A stretch of 64,000 bases of DNA from Ignavibacteria bacterium (GTDB lineage: Bacteria > Bacteroidota > Ignavibacteria > Kapaibacteriales > UBA2268): NCBI GenBank assembly GCA_031261605.1, contig JAISJI010000055.1:12844-76843 (forward strand). The letters are read 5' to 3'. The position numbers and the translations under genes were made by a program. Under the pieces are notes generated by a model. It worked only from the letters and a program-made list of their open reading frames with translations. It was not told the DNA's origin and did not search any database. Below, one piece after another: positions 21,769-33,894 of the stretch (the first letter of the stretch is position 1; each line of letters starts with the position of its first letter).

Positions 21769-23100
21769 ATGGATATATTTGATAGTAGTGAAAATTTACA
21801 ATTGCAAAAAACACGCCCACTAGCAGAACGTATGCGTCCTAATACACTTGATGATGTTGTAGGACAGTCGCATCTTGTTGGTGAAGGTAGCCCGTTGCGT
21901 ATTTTTTTCCAATCCGGCAACTTCCCATCCATTATACTTTGGGGACCGCCCGGAGTTGGAAAGACAACTTTTGCACAACTCATTGCAAATATCGCTAACT
22001 ATACGTTTTTTCAACTATCTGCAATAGATGCCGGAGTGAAAGAAGTTCGTGCAATTATTGCATCTGCTCAAAATCAAAATTTCAAAGGCAAGCAATGTTT
22101 GTTGTTTATTGATGAGATTCACCGATTTAATAAATCGCAACAGGATGCATTGCTTAAAGCAGTGGAAAAAGGTATAGTTATACTAATTGGTGCTACTACA
22201 GAGAACCCATCTTTTGAAGTGAATGCTGCATTGCTGAGTCGTTGTCAAGTGTATCATTTGAAATTGCTGGGCGATGATGAAATTGTTAAAATTATTGATA
22301 ACGCTATTAAAACCGACTACTTACTGAAACAATACGAAATAACTATAGAGGATTACGATTTCATTTGCAAACTATCTGGTGGAGATGCAAGAGCAGCACT
22401 CAATGCTTTGGAATTAGCGACTAAGTTGTATATAAATAATGCAGATAGGGATATTCGTTCATTTATATTAACACATAGCGATTTTGAAAAGGCATTGCAA
22501 CAAAAGACAGCCCAATACGATAAAGCAGGCGAGTCGCATTACGACACTATCTCTGCATTTATAAAGTCGTTACGAGGTTCTGACCCGGATGCTGCAATGT
22601 ATTGGATGGCTAAAATGCTTGATGCTGGCGAAGACCCGAAATTTATAGCTCGGCGGATGGTAATTTTTGCAAGCGAAGACATTGGTAATGCAGACCCATT
22701 TGCTCTATCTCTTGCAATATCAGTGTTTAATGCAGTTCAGTTAATTGGTATGCCGGAGTGCAGAATTAATTTGGCTCAAGGTGTTACATATCTCGCATCT
22801 TGTGCAAAATCAAATGCTTCCTATATGGCGTTAGAGGCAGCAATGGCAGATATACGTGGTGGTAGTTCGTTATTTGTGCCGTTACATTTGCGGAATGCTC
22901 CTACTAAGTTGATGAAGGAGGAGGGCTATGGTAGTGAATATAAATACCCGCATAACTTTGAAAATCATTTTGTTAGCGAGAATTACTTTCCGCCGGATAT
23001 AGAACCGAAAGTGTATTATTATCCGGGAGAATTTGGCAAAGAGAAAGTATTTGGCGATAGATTAAAATTTTTTTGGAAAAACAAAAAACATTATGAATAA
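21769..23100 (+). CDS. rarA: replication-associated recombination protein A (AAA+ ATPase RarA/MgsA)
   Basis: Walker A GPPGVGKTT, Walker B LLFIDEIHRFNK, RarA C-terminal region MYWMAKMLDAGEDP. Confidence 0.9.
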   Translation: MDIFDSSENLQLQKTRPLAERMRPNTLDDVVGQSHLVGEGSPLRIFFQSGNFPSIILWGPPGVGKTTFAQLIANIANYTFFQLSAIDAGVKEVRAIIASAQNQNFKGKQCLLFIDEIHRFNKSQQDALLKAVEKGIVILIGATTENPSFEVNAALLSRCQVYHLKLLGDDEIVKIIDNAIKTDYLLKQYEITIEDYDFICKLSGGDARAALNALELATKLYINNADRDIRSFILTHSDFEKALQQKTAQYDKAGESHYDTISAFIKSLRGSDPDAAMYWMAKMLDAGEDPKFIARRMVIFASEDIGNADPFALSLAISVFNAVQLIGMPECRINLAQGVTYLASCAKSNASYMALEAAMADIRGGSSLFVPLHLRNAPTKLMKEEGYGSEYKYPHNFENHFVSENYFPPDIEPKVYYYPGEFGKEKVFGDRLKFFWKNKKHYE

Positions 23101-23107
23101 CAGATAC

Positions 23108-24040
23108 TTAGCAGCAATCCTTTACTAAATTACATTCCTCCGTCTCGTATTCAATTTCCATCGTAATATGCTGTATGTGCATCTCAGCGAGTTCCTCTTT
23201 AATGTTGTGTTTCAATGCTATTATTTGCTCAGCCGTGTAATCCTTTGCGATGACAATGTGAATGGATAGGATATTATACTTGCCATCCATAGTCCATAAG
23301 TGCAAGTCATGTATGGACTTAATACCATTTATATGGCTTAGCGATTCCTCTACATCCTCGTATGAAATATCATCGGGCGTTCCTTGCAGCACAATATGCA
23401 ACGCATCCTTAACATTCCCATAAATGTTATACAAAATAAAGCAAGCAATGCCCAGCGACATAATTGGGTCAAGTATAGGCACATCTACAAATATCATCAC
23501 AATGCTACCAACAAGCACTGCCGCCCAGCCAAGCACATCTTCTAGCAAATGCAAACTAACAGTGCGTTCATTGATAGAACTACCTTTTCGTAGTCGCAAC
23601 ATCGCAATACCATTAATCGCAATGCCGATAACCGCCAGTAATAGCATACCCTTAGCATCTGCTTGCTGTGGATTAGCCAGTCGTTCAATACTTGATACAA
23701 TTACAAAAACAGAGCCGGCAAGTAGCACAATAGAATTGATAAACGCACCAAGTAGCGAAAATCTACGATAGCCATAAGAATACTTAGCATCGCGTTTCTT
23801 CTTTGATACTTTCTCAAAATACCAAGCCAGAGCAAGCGAAAAACTATCGCCAAAATCATGCAAAGCATCCGATAGAATGGCTATGCTATTGGTAAGAAAG
23901 CCGCCAATCAATTCAATAATGCTGAATGCCAAATTAAGAAAAAATGCTACTTTAATATTCTCATTTGACTCGTGATGATGGTGGTGATGGCTATGTCCAT
24001 GGCTGTGGCTATTATTATGGTTATGCTCGTGATTTTCCAT
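23108..24040 (-). CDS. cation diffusion facilitator family metal (Zn/Co/Cd) efflux transporter
   Basis: His-rich N-terminus (HSHGHSHHHHHHE), six TM helices, CDF signature region and C-terminal cytoplasmic domain. Confidence 0.85.
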   Translation of the reverse strand: MENHEHNHNNSHSHGHSHHHHHHESNENIKVAFFLNLAFSIIELIGGFLTNSIAILSDALHDFGDSFSLALAWYFEKVSKKKRDAKYSYGYRRFSLLGAFINSIVLLAGSVFVIVSSIERLANPQQADAKGMLLLAVIGIAINGIAMLRLRKGSSINERTVSLHLLEDVLGWAAVLVGSIVMIFVDVPILDPIMSLGIACFILYNIYGNVKDALHIVLQGTPDDISYEDVEESLSHINGIKSIHDLHLWTMDGKYNILSIHIVIAKDYTAEQIIALKHNIKEELAEMHIQHITMEIEYETEECNLVKDCC

Positions 24041-24068
24041 ATAATTTGTTATTAATTACGTTTTTATT

Positions 24069-25793
24069 TTAATTTTTCTCTCGCCACCACTCTAACTGCA
24101 ACTCTGGGAATACGGAATTTCGCTTCTCTGTTGCTTCCAAATAATTCATTGATTCTTTCGGTAAGTTCTTGTCTATTCTAAACTTAAGGAACATATCACA
24201 CAATTTATTGAAATCGGTATGGTGGAATGAGAAACGTTGTTCGGCGTAATCCTTTGCACTATTGGTATATATGAGGAACTGCCAATCGGACGATTGGAGC
24301 AACATCAACTCACGCAATGCTTGTGTTAATATGCGTCTTTCTGTTGAATCAAATTCTTCTATCGGATTATTTTCCAATATGTTATTCAATTTCAATTCGT
24401 CATCATAAATGTATTGCCAAGTCCAATTATTTCCTTTATTAGACCATACATCGTGATTATTGTTTTCACCCCAGCTACCTTCTGGTAAATGAACTGTTTG
24501 TCGTGGTTTCATCAAGAATAATTGGTCGGATGCAGTGGACATATTTACCCACGGCGAACTATTTAGTCCTTGGCACAATTTGCGAATAAATTCCGGTCCT
24601 TCGAACCACCAATGCCCAAATAATTCTGTATCAAATGGCAAGCAAACTGTTCCTTCTTTTCCGGTTAAGTTCTTGTAATAGTTGGATGTATTTTCTATTT
24701 GATGGATGAAATGATTAACTTGTAAATCTAATTTATCCCAAATCCAATCAGGATGATACAGCGTTTTATACATCATATCTGCTTTGGAATCTGTCACTCG
24801 CCAATAGCGGATGCGTGATGGATAATGCGTTTTATGGAAATCCAAATAATCGGCTTCGGCAGGATAACCGATGCTTCCGCTCCACACTTGCATTGCAATT
24901 CCTACGTGGCGAGTGAATGCAACAGCCGTCCCGTATTCCACTTTCTCACTTGAACTTACTTCATACAAATTCAGTGGTGATTTATCAAAATTCCATGGTT
25001 CTGGAGTAAAATCAGTCGATTTTATATGAACAAACTGTTCTTTATTATTATCTTTGAATATTCCAATTGGAGAACTACGCATTAGCAAATCCTCATCAGT
25101 GACGAAATAAAATATTTCGTTATCGGCAAGTATCTGCTCAACACCACGTCTGAGATGCTTCTGATTAAATGGAGCAACAGGTATAAGCGATTGCCATTCA
25201 TAGCTGCTACGATAAGCACACTCCGGCAACCACGTGCCACGTGGCTTTCTACCAAAATGTTTATGATAATTTTCCACTGCTGCCTTCATTTGCAAATTCA
25301 CGCTCTTGTCATATCCTAATAGCGGGAAATATCCGTGAGTAGCACCGCAAGTCATTATCTCAATCGCACCTTTATCTTGCAACTCTCGCAAGCCACCAAT
25401 TACGGACTTGTTATACTTATTTATGAAATCATTTTTGCGAGCAGTATACCAATCCGACCACCACTTCGCCATATAGATATGATGAGGGTCGTAATTCCAA
25501 TTTTTGAAATTAGTATGGTCTTCAGCAGCTGCTTCTGCTTTTTTATCGCAATATTTGATAAACAATTCCTTTGTATCAGGATGTTCCAATTGCTCGCAAA
25601 GGACAGGCGAAATATCCAACGTAATTTTTGGGAAAATACCATCTCCAACTAATTCGTTGAATACATTAAGCAGTGGTATATAACATTCTGCTATTGCTTC
25701 GGTAAGCCAATCTTCGCCGTGAGGCCAAGTGCCGTGGTGCAGAACCCAAGGTAAGTGTGTGTGTAGTATTAGAACTAAATTTCCTGAATGCAT
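24069..25793 (-). CDS. glycoside hydrolase family 57 protein (putative 1,4-alpha-glucan branching enzyme)
   Basis: N-terminal LVLILHTHLPWVLHHGTWPHGEDWLTEA matches the GH57 catalytic-region signature; 574 aa. Confidence 0.8.
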   Translation of the reverse strand: MHSGNLVLILHTHLPWVLHHGTWPHGEDWLTEAIAECYIPLLNVFNELVGDGIFPKITLDISPVLCEQLEHPDTKELFIKYCDKKAEAAAEDHTNFKNWNYDPHHIYMAKWWSDWYTARKNDFINKYNKSVIGGLRELQDKGAIEIMTCGATHGYFPLLGYDKSVNLQMKAAVENYHKHFGRKPRGTWLPECAYRSSYEWQSLIPVAPFNQKHLRRGVEQILADNEIFYFVTDEDLLMRSSPIGIFKDNNKEQFVHIKSTDFTPEPWNFDKSPLNLYEVSSSEKVEYGTAVAFTRHVGIAMQVWSGSIGYPAEADYLDFHKTHYPSRIRYWRVTDSKADMMYKTLYHPDWIWDKLDLQVNHFIHQIENTSNYYKNLTGKEGTVCLPFDTELFGHWWFEGPEFIRKLCQGLNSSPWVNMSTASDQLFLMKPRQTVHLPEGSWGENNNHDVWSNKGNNWTWQYIYDDELKLNNILENNPIEEFDSTERRILTQALRELMLLQSSDWQFLIYTNSAKDYAEQRFSFHHTDFNKLCDMFLKFRIDKNLPKESMNYLEATEKRNSVFPELQLEWWREKN

Positions 25794-25923
25794 AGTGGTG
25801 TATTTTATATTTTGAAAAAAATCTCTGGATTATAATACTTTAATATAGCACTTTATTTACACTAATCATTAAAATAGTTTTCCACAACGAAAAAATAATT
25901 CGTAATTCAGTGAATTCTACAAA

Positions 25924-25956
25924 CAAAAAAAAGCAGACATAACTAAGGTCTGCTTC
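25924..25956 (-). terminator. rho-independent terminator downstream of infB
   Basis: Hairpin GCAGAC...GTCTGC followed by a U-tract on the minus strand (A-run 25924-25932 on plus). Confidence 0.65.
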
Positions 25957-25982
25957 TTTAATATGTATGATACCATCAATTA

Positions 25983-28900
25983 CTACTTGCTGGCATCTAA
26001 TGTGCGTTTTACTTCTATGAGTTTGAAGCATTCAATTATATCGCCTTCCTCAAATGTATTGAAGCCGGAGATTTGGATACCGCATTCATAGCCAGTATCA
26101 ACTTCGCGAACATCGTCCTTTACACGTTTCAATGATGATATAACGCCAGAATAAATTGGGAAACCATTGCGTAATACTCTAATCTTATCGTTTCGCGTAA
26201 CCTTACCACTCGCAACATAGCAACCGGCGATTTGTCCAACTTTACTAATCTTAAATATCTGGCGAACCTCAATGGTAGCCGATACTTCCTCTTTAATATC
26301 TGGTCTCAACAGCCCTTCAAGAGCAAGTTTAATTTCGTCAATACATTCGTAAATAATGTTATAGCGGCGAATATCTACCGACTCTATCTCTGCAAGTTTT
26401 GCTGCTTGTGGAGATGTGCTTATGTTAAAGCCAATTAGAACAGCATTGGATGCGGAGGCAAGCATAACATCGGATTCCGTAATAATACCAGCCGCCTTGT
26501 AGATAATATTCACTCTAACTTCTTGCGTAGAAAGTTCCAATAATGAATCGCTTAACGCTTCTATCGAGCCGGCAACATCTGCTTTGATAATCAAATTGAG
26601 GTCTTTCACACCGCCAATAGCGATTTGTGAAGATATGTCATCCAAAGTTGTATGGCGAACTTTACGCATCTCTTGTTCTCTGCGTAACTGTCTGCGTTTA
26701 TTGGCTATTTCTCGAGCATCGCTTTCGGATGACATTACTGTGAAGGTATCGCCAGCATCTGGCAAGCCATCAAAGCCAATAACTACAACTGGTTGCGATG
26801 GAAGAACATCTTCTACTTTATTTCCACGCTCATCCAATAATGCACGGATTTTTCCATAATGTGCGCCCGATACAAAGTAGTCCTGTAAATTCAACGTTCC
26901 CTTCTGTATAATTACAGAAGCAACATTTCCCCATCCCTTTGTCATCTTTGACTCTATGATTACACCTTGTGCATTTCTATTAGGATTTGCTTTCAAATCA
27001 AGCATCTCTGCTTCTAACAATATTTTATCGAGTAAGACATTGACATTTGTTCCCTTCTTTGCGGAAATCTCTGCACATTGGAATTTACCGCCCCAACTCT
27101 CAACCTGAACGCCTTGGTCTGATAATTGTTGTTTAATTCTATCAATATTGGAATCCGGCTTATCTATCTTATTAATTGCTACAACCATTGGCACATTGGC
27201 TGCTCTTGCGTGGCTTATTGCCTCAATGGTTTGTGGCATCACGCTATCATCAGCAGCCACAACAAGCACAACAATATCAGTCACTTGTGCTCCTCTTGCA
27301 CGCATCGCAGTAAATGCTTCGTGTCCAGGAGTATCAAGAAATGTTATGGACTTGCCGTTTTTGAGCACAACTCTATATGCACCAATATGTTGTGTAATTC
27401 CTCCGGCTTCTCCAGCAACTACATTTGCATTGCGTATATGGTCTAATAGAGATGTCTTACCGTGGTCTACGTGTCCCATAATTGTTACAATCGGCGGACG
27501 TGGCAACAGTGTTTCTTCGCTATCTTCTGCTTCCTCAATAACATCTTCAAAATCTTGGTCTTCTATAAATTCTACTTCAAATCCGTAATCATCCGCAATG
27601 AGTTGTATTGTATCTTTATCAAGTCGTTGATTTATAGTAACCATAAGACCAAGTTGCATACATTTCAGTATAATTTCGCTTGACTTAATATTTACAAGTG
27701 CTGCAAGGTCGCTTGTAGTCACAAATTCAGTAAGTTTCAACGTTTTCTCCTCTCTTGCAATAATTTCCTGTTGTTTAGCTTCTTTTTCCTCACGAACAGC
27801 TTTCTTCTTTTGCTTAATCTTTGCTTTTTTGCTATTTATACCAGAATCTTCCATTCCGATAAGTGTAGCGTGTATCGCTTTATTTACATCAAAATCGGAT
27901 GCTCCAATTTCGCGTAACGGCTTGCGTTTCTTACGCTTATCGTCATAACTGAAGTTGCGAGTTCCCTTTGGTGGTGCATCATTTGTGAATGCACGTTTTT
28001 CGCCAATTTTACCGGTAGCAACGTATTCGCTTTTTTGACGTGAATACTCGGAAGTGCCTGTTTTTTCTTTGTTTGTCTTATCTCTATCCTTTCCACCGAA
28101 GTTAGTATGGTAAGTGCCTGTTTTTCCTTCACCATCTCTTCTTCCATCTGCTCGTCTATCTGGTCGTCCATCATTTCGTCTATCTCCACCTTGCTCATTA
28201 TTCTTCTTACGCGATTTGAAACTGCGGTCAGCATACGGCTTCTTTTCCTCTTCCGGTTTCTTAACTATTTCAATCTTTCCAAGAACAGTAAGCCCTTTCA
28301 AATTAGGGTTTTCGCCGGGCACACGCACATCTATTTGGCGTGTTCTTTTAATTCTACCCGGTCCATCGCTCTTACTATCTCTTCTATCTCTATCTGAATC
28401 TCTGCCCTTTCTTGTCTCTTGTGTATCTTGCTTATTTTGAGGAGGACGCTGTGTAGTAGCTCGTCTTTCAGCATCTTTTTCATTTTTTTGACGCTGTTCT
28501 AAAGCGGCTTTTTGTTCTAATCTTTGCTTCTCATCTTTTGCGGCTGCGGCTTCTTTCAGGCGACGTGCGTATTGCGATAAGTCCGTCTTAGGAATAGCGG
28601 CAAAATCAATATCTATTTTTGCAATATGTTTGAGAGAAACTTTGGTGACGCCTTGGTCTTCCGTCTTTTTTGTTTCACGTACTTTCGGTTTTACAGCAAC
28701 ACCACCAAGTTTATCCTCTTGTTTCTTACTCCTATTCTTTCCATCTTTTTGCTTTTGTTCGCTGGTTAAATCTCTTTTCTGTTTCGCCTCCACTTTGCCA
28801 CGGGAATTTGGTTTGGAGTCAGATTTTGGCTTTGAGTCAGATTTAGATTTGGAAGCAGATTTTGATGTATCTGTTTTTTTAGATGTGGATTTTTTTTGTT

Positions 28901-29561
28901 TTTGTGCAGAAGCAGAATCTTTTGTGATGCGAATTACCTGTCCCACTTTCGGCAAGCCATCAACGGATGATACTTTCAGTGCTGGAATTTCTACCTTTGG
29001 TTTCTTTACTTCCGCTACAATTTGAGGTTGTTCTACGACCTCAACTATTTCAATTGGCTCTGACACTTCTGGTTCAGAATGCTCTTCAACATAGTCGGGA
29101 ATCGGCTCATCATACACCTCTGGCTCATCGGCTACATAGTCATCTTCGTAGGCATCGCTAACAACTTCTTCTGCAACGTATTCTGGCACATCAAAGATAG
29201 TTGGCGCGTCTATATGGTGCTTGATAGGAGTAAATACTGCATTATTATCAATATCAATGCTTGGACTAATATCCTTTGAGGTGTGCTTCGGTGTATCACT
29301 TGCTGGGTGTTCATCTTCTATTGAGATATGTGATACTGTGCCTTTTTTTGCTTTTTGCTTCTGGATTTTTTCCCGTTGGTTATCTGCTTCTTTTTTTTCT
29401 AAGCGAAACTTATCATAAACAACTTGCGCCATCTGTTCAGACAAAACAGTGGTGGGTTTGTTTACTATTTTAAAGCCACGTGAAACCAAGTAATCAACGA
29501 TAGTATCTTTACCGATGTTTATTTCTGAAGCTATTGTAATTAGTCGTATACTTTCGGACAT
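25983..29561 (-). CDS. infB: translation initiation factor IF-2 with very long low-complexity N-terminal region
   Basis: G-domain [29 protein letters not shown]; 1192 aa with a Lys/Asp/Arg-rich repetitive N-terminal half. Confidence 0.9.
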   Translation of the reverse strand: MSESIRLITIASEINIGKDTIVDYLVSRGFKIVNKPTTVLSEQMAQVVYDKFRLEKKEADNQREKIQKQKAKKGTVSHISIEDEHPASDTPKHTSKDISPSIDIDNNAVFTPIKHHIDAPTIFDVPEYVAEEVVSDAYEDDYVADEPEVYDEPIPDYVEEHSEPEVSEPIEIVEVVEQPQIVAEVKKPKVEIPALKVSSVDGLPKVGQVIRITKDSASAQKQKKSTSKKTDTSKSASKSKSDSKPKSDSKPNSRGKVEAKQKRDLTSEQKQKDGKNRSKKQEDKLGGVAVKPKVRETKKTEDQGVTKVSLKHIAKIDIDFAAIPKTDLSQYARRLKEAAAAKDEKQRLEQKAALEQRQKNEKDAERRATTQRPPQNKQDTQETRKGRDSDRDRRDSKSDGPGRIKRTRQIDVRVPGENPNLKGLTVLGKIEIVKKPEEEKKPYADRSFKSRKKNNEQGGDRRNDGRPDRRADGRRDGEGKTGTYHTNFGGKDRDKTNKEKTGTSEYSRQKSEYVATGKIGEKRAFTNDAPPKGTRNFSYDDKRKKRKPLREIGASDFDVNKAIHATLIGMEDSGINSKKAKIKQKKKAVREEKEAKQQEIIAREEKTLKLTEFVTTSDLAALVNIKSSEIILKCMQLGLMVTINQRLDKDTIQLIADDYGFEVEFIEDQDFEDVIEEAEDSEETLLPRPPIVTIMGHVDHGKTSLLDHIRNANVVAGEAGGITQHIGAYRVVLKNGKSITFLDTPGHEAFTAMRARGAQVTDIVVLVVAADDSVMPQTIEAISHARAANVPMVVAINKIDKPDSNIDRIKQQLSDQGVQVESWGGKFQCAEISAKKGTNVNVLLDKILLEAEMLDLKANPNRNAQGVIIESKMTKGWGNVASVIIQKGTLNLQDYFVSGAHYGKIRALLDERGNKVEDVLPSQPVVVIGFDGLPDAGDTFTVMSSESDAREIANKRRQLRREQEMRKVRHTTLDDISSQIAIGGVKDLNLIIKADVAGSIEALSDSLLELSTQEVRVNIIYKAAGIITESDVMLASASNAVLIGFNISTSPQAAKLAEIESVDIRRYNIIYECIDEIKLALEGLLRPDIKEEVSATIEVRQIFKISKVGQIAGCYVASGKVTRNDKIRVLRNGFPIYSGVISSLKRVKDDVREVDTGYECGIQISGFNTFEEGDIIECFKLIEVKRTLDASK

Positions 29562-29610
29562 AAATTGGGGATTATTTTATAAAATTAGAAAATAGAAATG
29601 TTTACTTAAC

Positions 29611-31098
29611 TTAAGCATTTTCATTCTCCGAAGAAACTTCGTCATCTAAAACAGATGCATCTGTATCCTCATTATTTTCTACTACAATATTATTATTGTT
29701 TATTTCTGCACTTGTTGTTCTTTCTGAATCATTTGATTCAACAGCATCTTCTCGTGCAATAGATTCGTTTATTGCATCTATTGTATTTGATGCGGCAACT
29801 AGTGAATTTATATATTCTTCGTTTTCGTTCTCGTCAAATTCGAGCAACATTATCCTACGATTTTCTAAAATCAAATTATAGGTAATACCAACTCTTTTCA
29901 ATAACAGAAGGGGTTCTGCTTCTAAGAAGTCGCGTGCAGTAAAGATTTTCGCTTCCTTCAAACGTATCAGCATATCATTGCCGAGCTCGCTCTCAAATTC
30001 GTCTATCTCTATATCTTCACTTCCTTCTTTGAGCACTTTCAGGTCATAACCAGTAAGCATTGACGCTAAACGGACGTTCTGTCCATTTCTACCAACGGCT
30101 ATGGCTACTTGTTCCTCGCTAACTATAACGGTAGCGGATTTTGTCTCTGGCGATACAATTACTTCCTTTACTTTGGCTGGAAGTATTGCTTTCTCTATCA
30201 TTCTACTTGTATCTTCCATCCATGGAATAAGGTCTATGTTCTCATTACCGAGTTCGCGAATAATTGAATTAATACGAATACCTTTAAGACCAACACAAGC
30301 ACCTACCGGGTCTATCTTATCTACAACAGAGAATACCGCTACTTTCATTCTTTCGCCGGCTTCTCTTGCTATTGCTTTTATTTGAACTATGCCATCGCCC
30401 ACTTCTGGAATCTCCGACTCGAACAACCGCATAACAAATTGGTCTGATTTGCGGGATAATAGTATCTCTGGAACACCACTACCTTGCGTTCTATCTACTG
30501 ACTTAACAACGGCTTTAATTGGCTTATTTTTCTTCTGGAAAATCATATCGTTTGGTATCTGGTCTTCACGCAACAATTTCATCTCTACACCATTGTGCAT
30601 AACCGAAATCATATACGAACGCTTTGAGAAAACCTCGCCTACAATCAACTCGCCCACTTTGGAACTATAATCGTGGAATACATTATCGCGTTCTACTTCG
30701 TGTATTTTTTGGCTCATTATTTGTGATGCAAATGATACGAGACGCCTACCAAAACTATCCGCTATATTATCTAATGTTATCTCTTCTATAAATTCGTCGC
30801 CTAATTGTAGCGGCTCTACGCTATACAAGTTGGCTTCTTCAAGCGTAATTTCTACTTCAGGGTCTTCAACTTCCTCTACCACTTGTTTAATGAGGTAAAT
30901 TTCGAGGTCGCCCTTTTGCATATTTACTACAATTTCGAAATCAGAGTTGTTCCCGTATTTCTTCTTAACTATCATAGATAGCGTTTCTTCTACAATTCCT
31001 TGTAGCAAGTCCTTATCTATGTTCTTTTCGCGTGCCATCTCTGCAAAGGCATCGATTATCATCTTTTTATCAATTTTTGGCTTACTTTTTTTTGCCAT
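29611..31098 (-). CDS. nusA: transcription termination/antitermination factor NusA with acidic C-terminal extension
   Basis: NusA N-terminal domain, S1 and KH regions; immediately upstream of infB (conserved nusA-infB operon). Confidence 0.9.
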   Translation of the reverse strand: MAKKSKPKIDKKMIIDAFAEMAREKNIDKDLLQGIVEETLSMIVKKKYGNNSDFEIVVNMQKGDLEIYLIKQVVEEVEDPEVEITLEEANLYSVEPLQLGDEFIEEITLDNIADSFGRRLVSFASQIMSQKIHEVERDNVFHDYSSKVGELIVGEVFSKRSYMISVMHNGVEMKLLREDQIPNDMIFQKKNKPIKAVVKSVDRTQGSGVPEILLSRKSDQFVMRLFESEIPEVGDGIVQIKAIAREAGERMKVAVFSVVDKIDPVGACVGLKGIRINSIIRELGNENIDLIPWMEDTSRMIEKAILPAKVKEVIVSPETKSATVIVSEEQVAIAVGRNGQNVRLASMLTGYDLKVLKEGSEDIEIDEFESELGNDMLIRLKEAKIFTARDFLEAEPLLLLKRVGITYNLILENRRIMLLEFDENENEEYINSLVAASNTIDAINESIAREDAVESNDSERTTSAEINNNNIVVENNEDTDASVLDDEVSSENENA

Positions 31099-31387
31099 AA
31101 TGAGTATCCACTTCGTTGATTATATAAAAAAATATGCTTCCGAGCAAAAGCAATAAAATATAAAAAATGGGCTACTTGTAGCCCATATTCACGTAACTAT
31201 TCTACAAAATTAAGCATTTTTTCGCAAATAACAAAACAATTTAACAGATATTGCAATTTTTATGCTTATTCATACCTTGCTAAGACATTATGCTCTATTT
31301 ATTTATACTCTTTTTGAATCTATACTATAATAAACATAAATATATTTATTATATTTGTAGATACATACAAAATAACAAATAAGGGAT

Positions 31388-31897
31388 ATGAGTGAAACTA
31401 CTACCACCTCGCTCTCTATGCGCAAATTCCAAAAGGTCTGCGACATATTAGAGAACTACGAGTATAACAATTCTAAACTAGTTCCTATTCTACAGGAGAT
31501 ACAAGAAGAATACCGCTACCTACCTGAAGATATTATGACTTTCGTCGCATCTTCATTAGATGTCCCGCCTGCTAAGGTGTTCGGCGTTGCTACATTCTAC
31601 GCACATTTCGCGCTACAACCCAAAGGAAAATATGTCATCAAAGTATGCGATGGCACTGCTTGCCACGTCCGCCATTCTTCTGCTCTACTTGATGCAATTC
31701 AAGAAAAATTGGGACTTTCCGATAGAAAGACAACCACCGATGACCTACTATTCACATTAGAAACCGTGTCATGCCTAGGCGCATGCGGACTTGCGCCTGT
31801 TGTCGTAATCAATGATGATGTGTATGGTGGTCAAACTCCCGACTCTGTTGTCATAGCAATAGAAAATATTCTTACTAAGGAGGCACACAATGAATAA
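31388..31897 (+). CDS. [FeFe]-hydrogenase-associated NADH dehydrogenase subunit, NuoE-like 2Fe-2S (HydC/HndA)
   Basis: NuoE-family pattern VCDGTACHVRHSSALLDAIQEKLG...SCLGACGLAPVVVIND. Confidence 0.85.
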   Translation: MSETTTTSLSMRKFQKVCDILENYEYNNSKLVPILQEIQEEYRYLPEDIMTFVASSLDVPPAKVFGVATFYAHFALQPKGKYVIKVCDGTACHVRHSSALLDAIQEKLGLSDRKTTTDDLLFTLETVSCLGACGLAPVVVINDDVYGGQTPDSVVIAIENILTKEAHNE

Positions 31898-33797
31898 TAC
31901 AATGAACATAGATACATTAACGCAAATAGCCGATAAATACAAATCGCAAATGACTAAAATAACTCGTAGAGTGACTATCTGCGGTGGCACCGGCTGTATT
32001 GCTAATGGCTCGCAAAACGTCTATGACGAATTAGTAAAGCAATTAGCCCTTACTAACATTGACGCTGTCGTCGATTTGAAGTTCGAGGATAACAAAGACC
32101 ACACCTACGTTATGCACTCCGGATGTCAGGGCTTCTGCCAGATGGGACCGCTCGTTACTATTGAGCCGGATAACATACAATATGTAAAGGTAAAGCCGGC
32201 AGATGTCTCCGAAATTGTCCTCAAAACATTAGCCGGAAATTCCATTGTAGAACGACTGCTCTACCACGACCCAGTTACCGGTCAGAAGTTCAATGGCACA
32301 AAAGATATTCCATTCTACGCAAGACAAAACAGAACGGTATTGAAAAATATCGGACACATTGACCCAGCAGATATTAAAGCATACATCGGACAAAAAGGAT
32401 ACTTCTCTGCTTATAATGCTTGGACTAATATGACAGATGAAGATATATGCAATGATATGATTACCTCTGGACTACGTGGACGCGGCGGTGGTGGCTTCCC
32501 TACTGGACGCAAATGGAATTTAACTCGCATTGAAAAAAATGAAAAGAAGTATATAATCTGCAATGCTGATGAAGGCGACCCGGGTGCTTTTATGGACAGG
32601 TCAATACTTGAAGGCAACCCACATTCTGTTGTTGAAGGAATGATGATTGCTGCTCGCGCTATTGGTGCAAACGAAGGATACATCTACGTTAGAACAGAAT
32701 ATCCACTCGCCTGCAAACGCATAAAACAAGCAATCAATGATGCGAAGAATATCGGAATACTTGGCGATGATGTTTTCGGCACAAGCAATGGCTTCAAAAT
32801 TACAGTAATGGAGGGTGCTGGTGCATTTGTATGTGGAGAAGAGACCGCCCTCATTGCATCCATTGAAGGAAAGCGTGGTATGCCAAGACCCAAGCCACCA
32901 TTCCCCGCTCAAGCCGGATTATTCGGTAAGCCAACTTGTATCAATAACGTTGAAACACTTTCAGCTGTTCCATTAATATTCCAAAACGGACCAACGTGGT
33001 TCAAAGCAATTGGCACGGAAAAATCAGCAGGCACAAAAACATTCGCAGTTACTGGTAATGTCGCAAACACCGGACTGATAGAAGTTCCATTCGGCACTAC
33101 ACTTCGCGAAATTGTAGAAAACATCGGCGGTGGTGTTCTTACCGAAGATGGTAAAGTAGATATGGATGCTTTCAAAGCCGCACAAATTGGCGGTCCAAGC
33201 GGTGGATGTCTTACCAAAGAGCATTTAGATATGCCATTGGATTACGAGACATTGACCGCTATGGGTGCTATGGTTGGCTCCGGCGGACTTGTAGTGATGA
33301 ACGACCAAACTTGTATTGTGCAAATCGCCCGCTTCTTTATGAGATTTACTCAGAACGAAAGTTGCGGTAAATGCACCATTTGCCGTGAAGGAACGAAGCA
33401 AATGCTCGCTCTATTAGATGATATTATAGAAGGCAATGCTACATTGCAAACTATAGATTTGCTTGAGGAATTGGCTCACTCTGTGAAAATTGGCTCACTC
33501 TGTGGTCTGGGCAAAACCGCTCCTAATCCCGTGCTTGCTACTTTGAAATACTTCCGCACCGAATACGATGAGCACGTAATAAATAAACGTTGCCCGACCA
33601 AGAGATGCAAAGCCCTTACATCTGCTGAAATTCTTGCTGACAAATGCAAAGGATGCCGCGTATGTATTAAAGTATGCCCTGAGGGTGCTATTACCGGTGA
33701 ATTAAAGAAACCACATACGATTAACAAAGCATTATGTATTAAATGTGGTGCTTGTGCGCAAGCATGCAAGTTCAACGCTATCACCGGAGTTGCATAA
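31890..33797 (+). CDS. NADH-binding NuoF-like subunit with Fe-S clusters (HydB/HndC)
   Basis: FMN/NADH-binding GRGGGGFPTGRKW, SLBB and 4Fe-4S ESCGKCTICREG, C-terminal ferredoxin CxxCxxCxxxCP repeats. Confidence 0.85.
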   Translation: MNNTMNIDTLTQIADKYKSQMTKITRRVTICGGTGCIANGSQNVYDELVKQLALTNIDAVVDLKFEDNKDHTYVMHSGCQGFCQMGPLVTIEPDNIQYVKVKPADVSEIVLKTLAGNSIVERLLYHDPVTGQKFNGTKDIPFYARQNRTVLKNIGHIDPADIKAYIGQKGYFSAYNAWTNMTDEDICNDMITSGLRGRGGGGFPTGRKWNLTRIEKNEKKYIICNADEGDPGAFMDRSILEGNPHSVVEGMMIAARAIGANEGYIYVRTEYPLACKRIKQAINDAKNIGILGDDVFGTSNGFKITVMEGAGAFVCGEETALIASIEGKRGMPRPKPPFPAQAGLFGKPTCINNVETLSAVPLIFQNGPTWFKAIGTEKSAGTKTFAVTGNVANTGLIEVPFGTTLREIVENIGGGVLTEDGKVDMDAFKAAQIGGPSGGCLTKEHLDMPLDYETLTAMGAMVGSGGLVVMNDQTCIVQIARFFMRFTQNESCGKCTICREGTKQMLALLDDIIEGNATLQTIDLLEELAHSVKIGSLCGLGKTAPNPVLATLKYFRTEYDEHVINKRCPTKRCKALTSAEILADKCKGCRVCIKVCPEGAITGELKKPHTINKALCIKCGACAQACKFNAITGVA

Positions 33798-33894
33798 ATG
33801 GAAACTCAAAGAATACTCGAAGAAATGAAGGAATAGTAGATACACTTAACAATACACTTTATATTTACAATTTTTGAATAAAACATAAAATAAT